A stretch of DNA of 51,182 nt from Rhodobiaceae bacterium (GTDB taxonomy: Bacteria; Pseudomonadota; Alphaproteobacteria; Rhizobiales; Tepidamorphaceae), in NCBI GenBank assembly GCA_007118805.1, contig SKQW01000231.1, positions 1 through 51,182 of the forward strand, in the 5' to 3' direction. Position 1 is the stretch's first letter. Every line of letters starts with the position of its first letter. Made by a program: the position numbers and the translations under genes. Below, one piece after another: positions 31,523 to 40,359 of the stretch. The notes under the pieces are model-generated. The model did no database searches. It had not been told where the DNA came from and was given only the letters and a program-made list of their open reading frames with translations.

Positions 31523-32548
31523 ATGGCAAAGTCATTGAGTTATCTCGCCATTGCAGCGATTGCGGGCGGACTGGCAATTGGTCCGGCCGTAGCGCAGGAA
31601 GAATGGCGTTTTGCACATGAGGAGAATCCGGACGACGTCCAGGACTACTACGCACAGGAATTCAAGCGGCTGGTGGAAGAGCGCACCGACGGCGAGGTCA
31701 CGGTAACGATCTATACCTACGGTCAGCTCGGCACCGAGGACGATCTGACCGAGCTTACCGCTTCCGGTGCGATTCAGTTCTCTAACGCCTCGCCCGGCCA
31801 TCTCGGCACCTATGTGCCCGAGGTCCAGGTTCTGCTCGTTCCCTATCTCCTGTCCGACGATCCCGACGTCAACAAGGAGGTGCTGACCAACAGTGAGGCG
31901 CTCTACGAGGATCTTGCCTCGGACTTCCAGGCGCGCGGCCTGACGCTCTACTCGGTCTATCCCGAAGGCGAGATGGTCTGGACTTCCAACGAGCCGATCC
32001 GCTCGCCGGAGGACCTCGACGGGCAGCGCTTCCGGGTGATGACGTCGCCCATCCTCATCGAGGCCTACGATGCTTTCGGCGCCGATCCGATCGCCACGCC
32101 TTGGGGAGAGGTCTATAGCGGCTTGCAGCTCGGCATGCTCGATATGCAGGTCAATCCGATCTTCTTTATCGAGAGCGCGGCCTTCTACGAGGTGCAGGAC
32201 TATCTGATCTGGACCGGCGAGCAGGAATATACGACCACGGTGGTCGCCAACAACGCCTTCTGGGAAGGACTATCCGACGAGCGCCGCGAGATGCTGATCG
32301 AGATTCGCGAGGAGTTGGCCGACTTCATCTTCGACGAGCAGAAGCGCTTGAACGAGGAAAGCGCCGAGCGCATCAAGGAATCGCGTCCCGAGATCGAGTA
32401 TATCGTGCTCGATGACGAGGAGCGCGAGGCATTCCGCGAGCGGGCGGAACCGTTGGCCGATCGGCTGGTCGAGATCGCCGGCGGCAACAGCGCGGCGATC
32501 CTCGACAAGCTGCGCGACGAGATCGCCGCTGCCGAGGCCGCTAACTGA
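31523..32548 (+). CDS. TRAP substrate-binding protein, TeaA/UehA-like (ectoine/hydroxyectoine binding predicted)
   Basis: ATG 31523 after a GGAGG RBS, with a signal peptide. WRFAHEENPDDVQDYYAQEFK, YPEGEMVWTSNEPIRSPEDL and PWGEVYSGLQLGMLDMQVNPIFFIES resemble, from my recollection, the TeaA/UehA family. Confidence 0.8.
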   Translation: MAKSLSYLAIAAIAGGLAIGPAVAQEEWRFAHEENPDDVQDYYAQEFKRLVEERTDGEVTVTIYTYGQLGTEDDLTELTASGAIQFSNASPGHLGTYVPEVQVLLVPYLLSDDPDVNKEVLTNSEALYEDLASDFQARGLTLYSVYPEGEMVWTSNEPIRSPEDLDGQRFRVMTSPILIEAYDAFGADPIATPWGEVYSGLQLGMLDMQVNPIFFIESAAFYEVQDYLIWTGEQEYTTTVVANNAFWEGLSDERREMLIEIREELADFIFDEQKRLNEESAERIKESRPEIEYIVLDDEEREAFRERAEPLADRLVEIAGGNSAAILDKLRDEIAAAEAAN

Positions 32549-32599
32549 CGCGGGGTGATCGCCCGAATGATCGAGCCCCTGTGAACGAGGCTCTATCCT

Positions 32600-32627
32600 G
32601 CGCCGCGCGGCACCTGTCGCGCGGCGC
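32600..32627 (+). terminator. Perfect 10-bp GC hairpin after the TRAP SBP gene
   Basis: GCGCCGCGCG (32600-09), 8-nt loop, CGCGCGGCGC (32618-27), followed by TT. A 10-bp palindrome CCTGTACAGG follows at 32631-40, just upstream of asnC. Confidence 0.4.
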
Positions 32628-32650
32628 TTGCCTGTACAGGTGAGCGCGCC

Positions 32651-33133
32651 ATGCTCAAGCTCGATGGCATCGACCTGCGTATTCTGTCGGCATTGCAGCG
32701 CGACGGACGTATGACCAAGCTCAAGCTCGCCGAAGCGGCGAATCTGTCGCCATCGGCCTGCTGGAGCCGGCTGGAACGTCTCGAGAAAGCCGGGATCGTG
32801 GCCGGCTATGCGGCGCGGATCGACCTCGGCGCCATTGTGCGCGTCGAAACGGTATTGACCGAGATCACACTGACCCGCCACAGGCAGGGCGATTTCGACA
32901 GCTTCGAGCGCTACGTGGCAAAGGTGCCTGAGATCGTCGAGTGCCATGCCACGGGCGGCGGAATCGACTATCTGGCCAAGTTCATCGTTTCCGACATCGA
33001 GCGCTATCAACGCCTCATGGACGACCTGCTTGAGGCGGGGATCGGCATCGAGCGCTATTTCACCTATGTCGTCACGCGCACGGTAAAGCAGGGCGGGCCG
33101 CTGCCGCTTGAGGCCTTGCTTGGCGAGCGCTGA
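32651..33133 (+). CDS. Lrp/AsnC family transcriptional regulator (DoeX-like by context)
   Basis: 160 aa. LDGIDLRILSALQRDGRMTKLKLAEAANLSPSACWSRLERLEKAGIV HTH. Confidence 0.88.
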   Translation: MLKLDGIDLRILSALQRDGRMTKLKLAEAANLSPSACWSRLERLEKAGIVAGYAARIDLGAIVRVETVLTEITLTRHRQGDFDSFERYVAKVPEIVECHATGGGIDYLAKFIVSDIERYQRLMDDLLEAGIGIERYFTYVVTRTVKQGGPLPLEALLGER

Positions 33134-33142
33134 AGCGCTGCC

Positions 33143-34066
33143 TCATTCCGACAATGCCTTGAGCAGAATATCGTCGGAGCGGCGCCGGATCTCGTCATCA
33201 CGGCGCATGTAGTAGCCGCGCGGGCTTGCCGACATGGTTATGGCCAGTGTGCGGGTGGCGCCGCCGCTGATCAGCATTCCAGAGCGCTCGTCGCGAATCG
33301 TGCCGTCGGCCGAGACATGCATGCGGCAGGCGGCGATGTTGAACTGAACGAAGCTGCGCTTCGTCTCCGCGCTGTCCCATTGGTGAAAGGCGTTGGGGAA
33401 GACTATCTCGTTCACCTGCGATCCGCCGCGCCGGAGGTCTGCGGCAATCTCCCGGCTTCGCTCGAGATCGACGTTGCCGTCCTTTCCACCCTGCATGATG
33501 GTCACGGGAGCGCCACTAGTGCGCACGTTTTCCAGGCGCGGGACGGTGCATCCGTAAAGCGACACATGGCCAGCGAACCGAAGACCGTCGGGCAGAAACA
33601 CCCGGGAGAACTGCTCGTGTGCCGACAGGACACTGATCATCCCGCCATAGGAAAAGCCGACAATGTATATCCGGGCGGGATTCACCTCGGCATGCGCTGC
33701 CAGATAACGCAGGCCGGCATAGGCATCGGACAGGATCATCGATTCGCTGACTTCGAGGGCCCTCATAGGTTCGGGATGCTGATCGGTGCCCCGCGACTTG
33801 AAGCTGTCGATGACAAGGCCAACATAGCCGAGCTCAGCAAACCAGCGCGCATAGCGTCGTTCGCGTGGATCGCGGACGCCGCCAAGCCCCTGGGAGAAAA
33901 CGATCGCCGGCGCGCAAACGGGGTTGGAGGGAGCATAGAGTTCTGCTTGAACGGAGAATGTCGGTGGTTCCCCCGCTACGGGCAGGTCCTTGATAAGGAA
34001 CGGGTTCCAGGAGGGAACCTCGACCAAGCGCGGTGCGATACTATGCTCGGTTGCGGCGTCCAGCAT
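33143..34066 (-). CDS. Dienelactone hydrolase-like alpha/beta hydrolase
   Basis: Nucleophile elbow GFSYGG. Start placed at ATG 34066, because the track start at 34291 would overlap the GH3 gene. Confidence 0.7.
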   Translation of the reverse strand: MLDAATEHSIAPRLVEVPSWNPFLIKDLPVAGEPPTFSVQAELYAPSNPVCAPAIVFSQGLGGVRDPRERRYARWFAELGYVGLVIDSFKSRGTDQHPEPMRALEVSESMILSDAYAGLRYLAAHAEVNPARIYIVGFSYGGMISVLSAHEQFSRVFLPDGLRFAGHVSLYGCTVPRLENVRTSGAPVTIMQGGKDGNVDLERSREIAADLRRGGSQVNEIVFPNAFHQWDSAETKRSFVQFNIAACRMHVSADGTIRDERSGMLISGGATRTLAITMSASPRGYYMRRDDEIRRRSDDILLKALSE

Positions 34067-34074
34067 GGGCGATA

Positions 34075-34099
34075 AACGCCCCTTCCTGCAGCGGGTTCC
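34075..34099 (-). promoter_or_regulatory. sigma-EcfG-type promoter motif GGAAC-N16-CGTT (minus strand)
   Basis: The plus strand reads AACG (34075-78), N16, GTTCC (34095-99). The -10 ends 8 nt before ATG 34066, which implies a leaderless or near-leaderless mRNA. Confidence 0.5.
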
Positions 34100-34259
34100 C
34101 GGCGCACAGGCAGTTTGCGCCCTGAGCCATATCCCGAATAACGGGTCGATCCCCTCCGAAGACGAAGTGCGCGTCGGCAATTTGACGCAAGACCGAGCTT
34201 TTTTCGAACGGCATCGATGCCCGCCCGAGGACACATGCCCCGGATGGAAGGGACCCGGC

Positions 34260-35810
34260 TCAGGCCGTCGCCACCTCGTAGCGGTCGGCATGGGCGCGTA
34301 GGCCGGCCAGGAGTTCCTGATCGTGGATTACACGGGGTACCTTGTTCTGCCCGCCCAGCCTGCCGCGGCTGCGCATCCAGTCGGCAAAGCAATCCGGCCC
34401 CACCACCATCACGTGCGGTGGCGCCATGCCGAAATCCTCGTGCCGATGCGTCTCGTAGTCCGCGTTGGACTCGCTGAGCCGACGGTCGATTTCGTTGGCG
34501 AGCGCATCCGGGCCGCCTTGCAAATCCTTTGGCTCGCGCAGCTCGATCACGAACAGATGCCGCCCGCGCGCATCGACCGCATCCGGGAACAGCGGGCCGA
34601 CCGCGAACTCCGAGACCTCTCCGCGCAGGGCATCGACGGCGTCGATTACCGCGCCCTCGATCTCTTCCCCGCTGAGATGCTCGCCGAAGGCCGACAAGTA
34701 GTAGGAGGTGCGCCCTGTGACCAGCAGGCGGGGTGGATCGAGGCTGACAAAGCGCACCGTGTCACCCAGCACATAGCCCCATACGCCGGCGCAGCTCGAC
34801 AGCACGATGGCGTAGTCGCGGCCGGGTTCGACATTGCTGATCCAATGTCGGGTAGGGGTCGGCGAGTCGAGTTCCTCAACGGGCACGAATTCGTAGAAGA
34901 TCCCGGTATCGAGCAATACGCGCAGGCCATCCTCCGGGCCGCGATCGGCCAGTGCGATGAACCCCTCGCTCGCCGGGTAGACCTCGCGCAGCTCGGCATG
35001 ACTGCCTTCGAGCCACGCCTCGAATACATGCCTGTAGGGCCGGAAGTTCAGGCCGCCATGGACCAGCATTTCAAGATCGGGATAGAGCTCGACCAGTCGG
35101 CGTGGACGGCCGGTCAGAGTGGTCAGGCGTTCCAGGAACAGAAGCACCCAGCTCGGCGTTCCGGCCAGCGTCGTGATCTTCTCCGCCAACGAGGCCCGTC
35201 CGGTCTGCTCGATCTTGCGTTCCCAGTTCTCCTCGCGGGCCATGGACTCGTCGGGAAAGACGAACGGCTCTCCCCAGGACGGCACCTCGTGGCGCGAGAT
35301 GCCGGTCAGATCCCCGCCCTTGACGCCGTTGCCCAGTTCCTCGAGATCGATGCTGCCGCCGAGCAGGAAGTTCTTGCCGCCCAAAATGCGACTGCTTGGC
35401 CTGTTGGATACATGGTGAACCAGCAGATCGAGTCCGGCACGCGTGTTGGAGCGTACCATCTCTCTCGTGACCGGAATGTATTTTGTGCGGCCGGTCGAGG
35501 TGCCCGAGGTCAGCGCGAAATAGGGAATGCGACCGGGCCAGCTTGCGTCGGTCACATCGGGGAAGGTCGGCTTCCAATACTCGTCCCAGAAGGCCGCATA
35601 GTTGCGCAAGGGAACCCGGGCCTGAAAATCGGCCACCGAACGGATGTCGTCGAAGCCGTGATCACGACCAAAACGGGTGGCACGGGCCCGTTTGACGAGT
35701 GACAGGAGCTGACGCTCCTGTGTCGCGCCGGCGCGCTGTCCTGCCAGACGCTTCATTCGCCAGCGCGCATAAAGACGCAAGATCGGTGTGGCGTCGAATG
35801 GCAGTTTCAT
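34260..35810 (-). CDS. GH3 family (auxin-responsive-promoter / acyl-acid amido synthetase-like adenylating enzyme) protein
   Basis: 516 aa. FQARVPLRNY...YFALTSGTSTGRTKYIPVT, the AMP-binding-type motif characteristic of GH3. Confidence 0.75.
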   Translation of the reverse strand: MKLPFDATPILRLYARWRMKRLAGQRAGATQERQLLSLVKRARATRFGRDHGFDDIRSVADFQARVPLRNYAAFWDEYWKPTFPDVTDASWPGRIPYFALTSGTSTGRTKYIPVTREMVRSNTRAGLDLLVHHVSNRPSSRILGGKNFLLGGSIDLEELGNGVKGGDLTGISRHEVPSWGEPFVFPDESMAREENWERKIEQTGRASLAEKITTLAGTPSWVLLFLERLTTLTGRPRRLVELYPDLEMLVHGGLNFRPYRHVFEAWLEGSHAELREVYPASEGFIALADRGPEDGLRVLLDTGIFYEFVPVEELDSPTPTRHWISNVEPGRDYAIVLSSCAGVWGYVLGDTVRFVSLDPPRLLVTGRTSYYLSAFGEHLSGEEIEGAVIDAVDALRGEVSEFAVGPLFPDAVDARGRHLFVIELREPKDLQGGPDALANEIDRRLSESNADYETHRHEDFGMAPPHVMVVGPDCFADWMRSRGRLGGQNKVPRVIHDQELLAGLRAHADRYEVATA

Positions 35811-35818
35811 GCGCTCAG

Positions 35819-38224
35819 TCAGCCTTTTTTCGGCGTCAGGGTCGTCAGGTGAGGAAATTCGCTTCGTACCGTTTCAATCCGCAGCGGGACCCGGATATGG
35901 GCCGCACTGTCCCACAGGGGAAGGTGATCCATGAAGGTCGTACTGCCGAGCCAGCCATCCTGCCCTCCCAGCAGTACAAAGTAGTTGGCGTCAAGATCCG
36001 ACATGTCCGAGATGTGGCGGGCGTCCTGCCCGAACCGGACCCTGTGCCGGCTGCCGGAGAAGCCGTGCGCTGTCTTCATCAACGTCTCGTTGTTTCCCGA
36101 TGCCCCCCGCTCCAAAAACACGTAGCGGCGCCCCGCCAATGGCAGCATCGCAAAGGCGTGGGCAAGCCTCAGGCGGTGCATGTCGCCCCAGGTGCCAAGG
36201 CGGGAGAAGCGCCGCGCAGCCGCCGCCACCGCCTCGCCCAGCGGCGTCTGGAGTGCCTGCCTGTCGATCTGGTCGAGATCGCGGCGGAGCAGCGAAAATT
36301 GGTCCCATGTCGCCGAATAGAGCTGCGCGCCGATCCTGCCGTGCAGTTTCCCGACAAGGTGAAAGCTCAGGAGTTCGAATGCGAGAGCACCCGTCGACTC
36401 CGCGCGATAGGTTCCGTCCCACTCGCGCAGGGCATCGATGAGAGGGGCGGCCTGCCCGTTGGGCGTTTCGGGCAGATGCTTGGCCAGCGCATAGGCCAGG
36501 AGGTCCCGCAACTCGCGGGCCGATGCCGAGGTGACATCGGTCTGCAGCCGGGCGAGGTCTGAGACGGAAAAGCTGTCGCCATTGGACAGAACGTCGCGCA
36601 AGCGGCGAACCCGGTCGTCCGGCGAGAAGAACAGGCTCAGCGACACGTCGGACGGCGGCGGCGCGTTGTTGGCCGAGGCGACGAAGCCCTCCGGCGGATC
36701 CCAGATATTCGGCAGGTCCCGGCTGGAGACGAAGCTTGCCCAGTGGTCAAGCGCCTCCGCGCCGCTGATGATGTCCTTAGGTGGCTCGTGCGGGCGCCGC
36801 GGCAAGGTGGCGGCGATTGCCTGGCCGATATGGCCCTCAGCGTCGGCATAGATCATGTTGAGGCCGGGAATCGCGTAGCCGTCGAGCGCGGACAGAAAGT
36901 CCTGCCAGCTCCGCGCCTTGGCGATATTCAGGAATGGGGTCACTTCGTCGCTGGCCCGATGGCCCATCCAGTGCAGGGCGACCGGTGAGTCGCGCCCCAT
37001 GCGCAAGAGCCGCGCATCGGAAATCACGGGGCCGAACGCGCTGTCGCGGATACGGACCTTGCGGTTGCGCCCCCAGCGGACGCGGATCGTGGTCTCCCGG
37101 CTGCTGAGGCCGTTCCCCGGCACGCTCGTCAAATCGACCAGCTCGCTACTTGCCCCGTGCAGGCTGGTCCCGCCCCAGGCCATCCACGGGCTACGCCCGA
37201 GCCCCATCAGTGGCACGCCGGGCACCATCATGCCGACTGCGTGATAGGATGGCGATTTCATGCCCAGGATGATCCAGTTGTTGGGAAGGCTGATCGACAG
37301 ATGCGGGTCGTTGGCGATCATCGCCGCGCCGTTCGCTGTGCGGCCGGGGGCGATAGCGTAGGCATTGCTGCCGCTGCGTCCGAAGCCCTCCAGCAGGCCC
37401 TCCAGCGCATCGTTCGAGCCGGCCACGCTGGGGGGCTGGATGGTGGGTTCACTCATCAGCCGTTCCCACATATCGCTCCATTCCGGCCGGCGCCGAAGCT
37501 TGAGAAGCCGCATCCACACCTTCCAGGTGAAGTCGAGCGAGGCGAGACGGCTGACCGCGAGCAGATCGCTGAAGCTCCATTGTTCAGGCCGGACCCCCAA
37601 TACTTCGAACTCGTAGGGCGGTCTTGTCAGGCCCGCGATGTGCCAGTTGATGCCGGCCCGGAAGGCGTCCAGCCATTCCCGCGATTCCGACGGCAGCACA
37701 GTCTCGACCGCGGCGCCGGCCCGCCGGAAGTCGAGCACCCTGAGGGCGTGGTCGGAGCTGGCCGCCATCGGGCCGACCACCTCGGCGAGCCGGCCCAGCG
37801 CAATGCGGCGCATGAAGTCGATCTGCGCCAGCCGCAGATGGGCATGCACGACGCCGAGTCCGGTGGCCAGATCGCTGTCGTGACTGGCCTCGATGAAGGG
37901 GATGTGGTGCTCGTTCCAGTAGATCCGAACCGGCTCGCGCACAGGCGCGCCGGCGAGCGACAGTGAGGCTAGGCGCTCTTCCAGCGCGATCTGCCGCGGC
38001 GCGCCGCGCCGCAGCATGGCGGTGGTAAGATAGGCGACGAAGGTCGCCGCCCCCGCCCCCGAAGTGAGCCGGCGAAGCAGATCCGAGACAGTGGCGCTCG
38101 ATCGACGTGCGGTGCTGTCAGCCTTGCCGGTCATCAAACCGGAAACTTTGCCCCTCTGCGGCGCATGATAGTTCCCCCTCCCGAACGCTGGCCGGACCGG
38201 TACGGTTCCATCGGTGAAAGCCAT
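35819..38224 (-). CDS. Penicillin acylase family (S45 Ntn-hydrolase; penicillin/AHL acylase-like) protein
   Basis: 801 aa. Autoprocessing/nucleophile site GSNAYAIAPGRTANGAAMIANDPHL. N-terminal hydrophobic anchor. Alternative start at ATG 38134. Confidence 0.82.
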   Translation of the reverse strand: MAFTDGTVPVRPAFGRGNYHAPQRGKVSGLMTGKADSTARRSSATVSDLLRRLTSGAGAATFVAYLTTAMLRRGAPRQIALEERLASLSLAGAPVREPVRIYWNEHHIPFIEASHDSDLATGLGVVHAHLRLAQIDFMRRIALGRLAEVVGPMAASSDHALRVLDFRRAGAAVETVLPSESREWLDAFRAGINWHIAGLTRPPYEFEVLGVRPEQWSFSDLLAVSRLASLDFTWKVWMRLLKLRRRPEWSDMWERLMSEPTIQPPSVAGSNDALEGLLEGFGRSGSNAYAIAPGRTANGAAMIANDPHLSISLPNNWIILGMKSPSYHAVGMMVPGVPLMGLGRSPWMAWGGTSLHGASSELVDLTSVPGNGLSSRETTIRVRWGRNRKVRIRDSAFGPVISDARLLRMGRDSPVALHWMGHRASDEVTPFLNIAKARSWQDFLSALDGYAIPGLNMIYADAEGHIGQAIAATLPRRPHEPPKDIISGAEALDHWASFVSSRDLPNIWDPPEGFVASANNAPPPSDVSLSLFFSPDDRVRRLRDVLSNGDSFSVSDLARLQTDVTSASARELRDLLAYALAKHLPETPNGQAAPLIDALREWDGTYRAESTGALAFELLSFHLVGKLHGRIGAQLYSATWDQFSLLRRDLDQIDRQALQTPLGEAVAAAARRFSRLGTWGDMHRLRLAHAFAMLPLAGRRYVFLERGASGNNETLMKTAHGFSGSRHRVRFGQDARHISDMSDLDANYFVLLGGQDGWLGSTTFMDHLPLWDSAAHIRVPLRIETVRSEFPHLTTLTPKKG

Positions 38225-38269
38225 GCCAGGATATGGCGCGCTCGTTTCCGTCCCGGCGCGGCGTTTTCC

Positions 38270-38836
38270 TCAGGTTTCGAAGAATACCGTTTCGCTAGCC
38301 CCCCCGAGATGAATGTCGAAGACGTATGATCCGTCCCCTTCGGCGTTGGCGATCAGTGTTGCACGTCGTCCGTCGTCCTCCACGAGGCCAAGGACCGGGT
38401 CGCTGTCGTTGAGCGGCTCATGGGCGAAATAGACCCGGGTCACGAGCTGCTTAAGCAGGCCGCGCGCGAACAGGTTGACGAGAATATGGGGCGCCTGGAG
38501 CGTATTGCCTGGCCCGGCCACCGGCCCCGGTTTGATGGTTCGGAACGTGTAACAGCCGCGCTCGTCGCTCGCGCAGCGGCCGAACCCGTGAAAGGTGGGG
38601 TCGCGGGGCCTGTCCTGATGATCGTCCGGATGGTCGTATCGGCCTTCGGCATCGGCCTGCCAAATCTCGATCATGGCGTCGGGGACAGCGCGACCTTCGC
38701 CGTCGAGGACCCGGCCACGCAGGGTGATGCGCTGGCCGCGGGTCTGGGGCGAGGCCAGCTCGCTCACCGTGTGATCGTCGGTCAATGCGTAATGGAAGAA
38801 CGGACCGACTGTCTGCGAGGGCGTCAGGCCGGCCAT
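38270..38836 (-). CDS. pcaG: Protocatechuate 3,4-dioxygenase alpha subunit
   Basis: MAGLTPSQTVGPFFHYAL N-terminus and IEIWQADAEGRYDH. Start at ATG 38836. Confidence 0.85.
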   Translation of the reverse strand: MAGLTPSQTVGPFFHYALTDDHTVSELASPQTRGQRITLRGRVLDGEGRAVPDAMIEIWQADAEGRYDHPDDHQDRPRDPTFHGFGRCASDERGCYTFRTIKPGPVAGPGNTLQAPHILVNLFARGLLKQLVTRVYFAHEPLNDSDPVLGLVEDDGRRATLIANAEGDGSYVFDIHLGGASETVFFET

Positions 38837-38838
38837 CG

Positions 38839-39543
38839 TCACGCCTCCATGGGGGTGGCGCGGCGTCCGCGCAGCACGATATCGAAGCGATATCCGAGCG
38901 CCCATTCGGGAACCGTCGCTTCGAGGTCGAAGCTGGCTACGAGGCGCTCGCGCGCCCGCGGGTCGGGTACCGAATTATAGATCGGGTCGAGCGGCAGCAG
39001 CGGGTCGCCCGGAAAATACATCTGGGTGACCAGGCGGGTCACAAAGCTGGGCCCGAACAGTGAAATGTGGATGTGGGCGGGCCGCCAGGCGTTGTCGTGG
39101 TTCTTCCAGGGATAGGCGCCCGGCCGGATCGTGACGAAGCGGTAGTTGCCCTGACTGTCGCTAACAGCCCGCCCGGCGCCTGTGAAATTGGGGTCGAGGG
39201 GGGCGGGGTGCTGGTCGAGCTGGTGGATGTATCGCCCCGCAGCATTCGCCTGCCAGATTTCGAGCAGCGTGTTCGGGACCGCCCGCTCGTCTTCGTCGAT
39301 GACCCGGCCCCACACGATGATCCGCTCGCCGAGCGGCGCCCCGGCGTGCTGGGTGGTGAGGTCGGCCTCCGCCGTACGCACCGCCTCGTGTCCGTAAACC
39401 GGCCCGGTGACCTCGCTCAGTGTGTGCGGAATCGGAACCAACGGACGGCGCGGCACCCGCACCGGGTTCGAGCGATAGTCGGGGAACGGATGCGTGGGCA
39501 TCGCGCCCTCGGGGATGGGGCGATAGCCGGGAACGTCGCTCAT
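38839..39543 (-). CDS. pcaH: Protocatechuate 3,4-dioxygenase beta subunit
   Basis: LEIWQANAAGRYIH, YPWKNHDNAWRPAHIHISLFG (Fe ligands). Start at ATG 39543. Confidence 0.88.
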   Translation of the reverse strand: MSDVPGYRPIPEGAMPTHPFPDYRSNPVRVPRRPLVPIPHTLSEVTGPVYGHEAVRTAEADLTTQHAGAPLGERIIVWGRVIDEDERAVPNTLLEIWQANAAGRYIHQLDQHPAPLDPNFTGAGRAVSDSQGNYRFVTIRPGAYPWKNHDNAWRPAHIHISLFGPSFVTRLVTQMYFPGDPLLPLDPIYNSVPDPRARERLVASFDLEATVPEWALGYRFDIVLRGRRATPMEA

Positions 39544-39556
39544 GGCGGACCACAGC

Positions 39557-40330
39557 TCATGCGGCTTCGCCATGGGCGCGCCTGGTGCGCTCCTGAAGGT
39601 CTCGCAGCGTTGCCAGCTCATGGGCGCTTGGAGCCGGGGTCTCGGACAGCGCCTCGGCGAACCGTGCCGGCCAGCCCGTCCTCTCGGTGACGGCCTCGCG
39701 GGTGACGCCGGGATGCAGCGCGGTGACGACGAGTTCCCGGCTTTCCGGGTCGGGCTCCATCACGCAGAGATCGGTGAAGACCTGCGTCGGCCCCTGGGTG
39801 TGCAGCCCCATCTGGCGGCGGTGCTCGCCGCCCTCGCCGTGCCCCAGCGAGGTCACGAAATCGAGCCGCTCGACAAAGCTGCGTTCCGACTGCGCCATGA
39901 TGATCAGGACCCGGCCGCAATGGGTGGCGATTTCGGGCGCGCCGCCGCCGCCCGGCAGTCGGACCTTGGGGCGATCATAGTCGCCGATGACCGTCGTGTT
40001 GAGATTGCCGAACCGGTCGATCTGCGCCCCGCCGAGAAAGCCGAGCGTGATCCGCCCGCCCTGCAGCCAGTAGCGGAACATTTCCGGCACCGACACCGTC
40101 GTCCGGGCGGTCTCGCACAGCTCGCCGTCGCCGATCGACAGCGGTAGGACATTGGGACGCGTTCCGATCGTCCCGGACTCGTAGATCAGCGTGACGTTCG
40201 GCGCGTGTGTCAGCCGGGCGAGATTCGCCGCGCCAGACGGGGCCCCGATGCCGACGAAGCAGACATCGTCGTCCCTCAGCGCGCGCGCTGCCACCACCGT
40301 CATTATTTCGCTTGCCGTGTAGTCGGTCAC
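39557..40330 (-). CDS. pcaJ: CoA-transferase subunit B (3-oxoadipate CoA-transferase PcaJ-like by context)
   Basis: Glutaconate-CoA-transferase-type B subunit (ESGTIG, GGAQIDRFGNLN). GTG 40330 is preceded by the RBS AAGGGAGA. Confidence 0.65.
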   Translation of the reverse strand: MTDYTASEIMTVVAARALRDDDVCFVGIGAPSGAANLARLTHAPNVTLIYESGTIGTRPNVLPLSIGDGELCETARTTVSVPEMFRYWLQGGRITLGFLGGAQIDRFGNLNTTVIGDYDRPKVRLPGGGGAPEIATHCGRVLIIMAQSERSFVERLDFVTSLGHGEGGEHRRQMGLHTQGPTQVFTDLCVMEPDPESRELVVTALHPGVTREAVTERTGWPARFAEALSETPAPSAHELATLRDLQERTRRAHGEAA

Positions 40331-40359
40331 CGAACCGGTCTCCCTTATTCGCGCGGCGC

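Noticed and set aside
34323-35702. 459-aa plus-strand ORF opposite the GH3 gene
   Set aside because: The minus-strand frame carries the GH3 adenylation motif and sensible start and stop spacing. The plus-strand ORF is an antisense artefact. The same applies to 25186..26103, 25862..27019, 37157..37966, 45755..46753 and 47584..48927.
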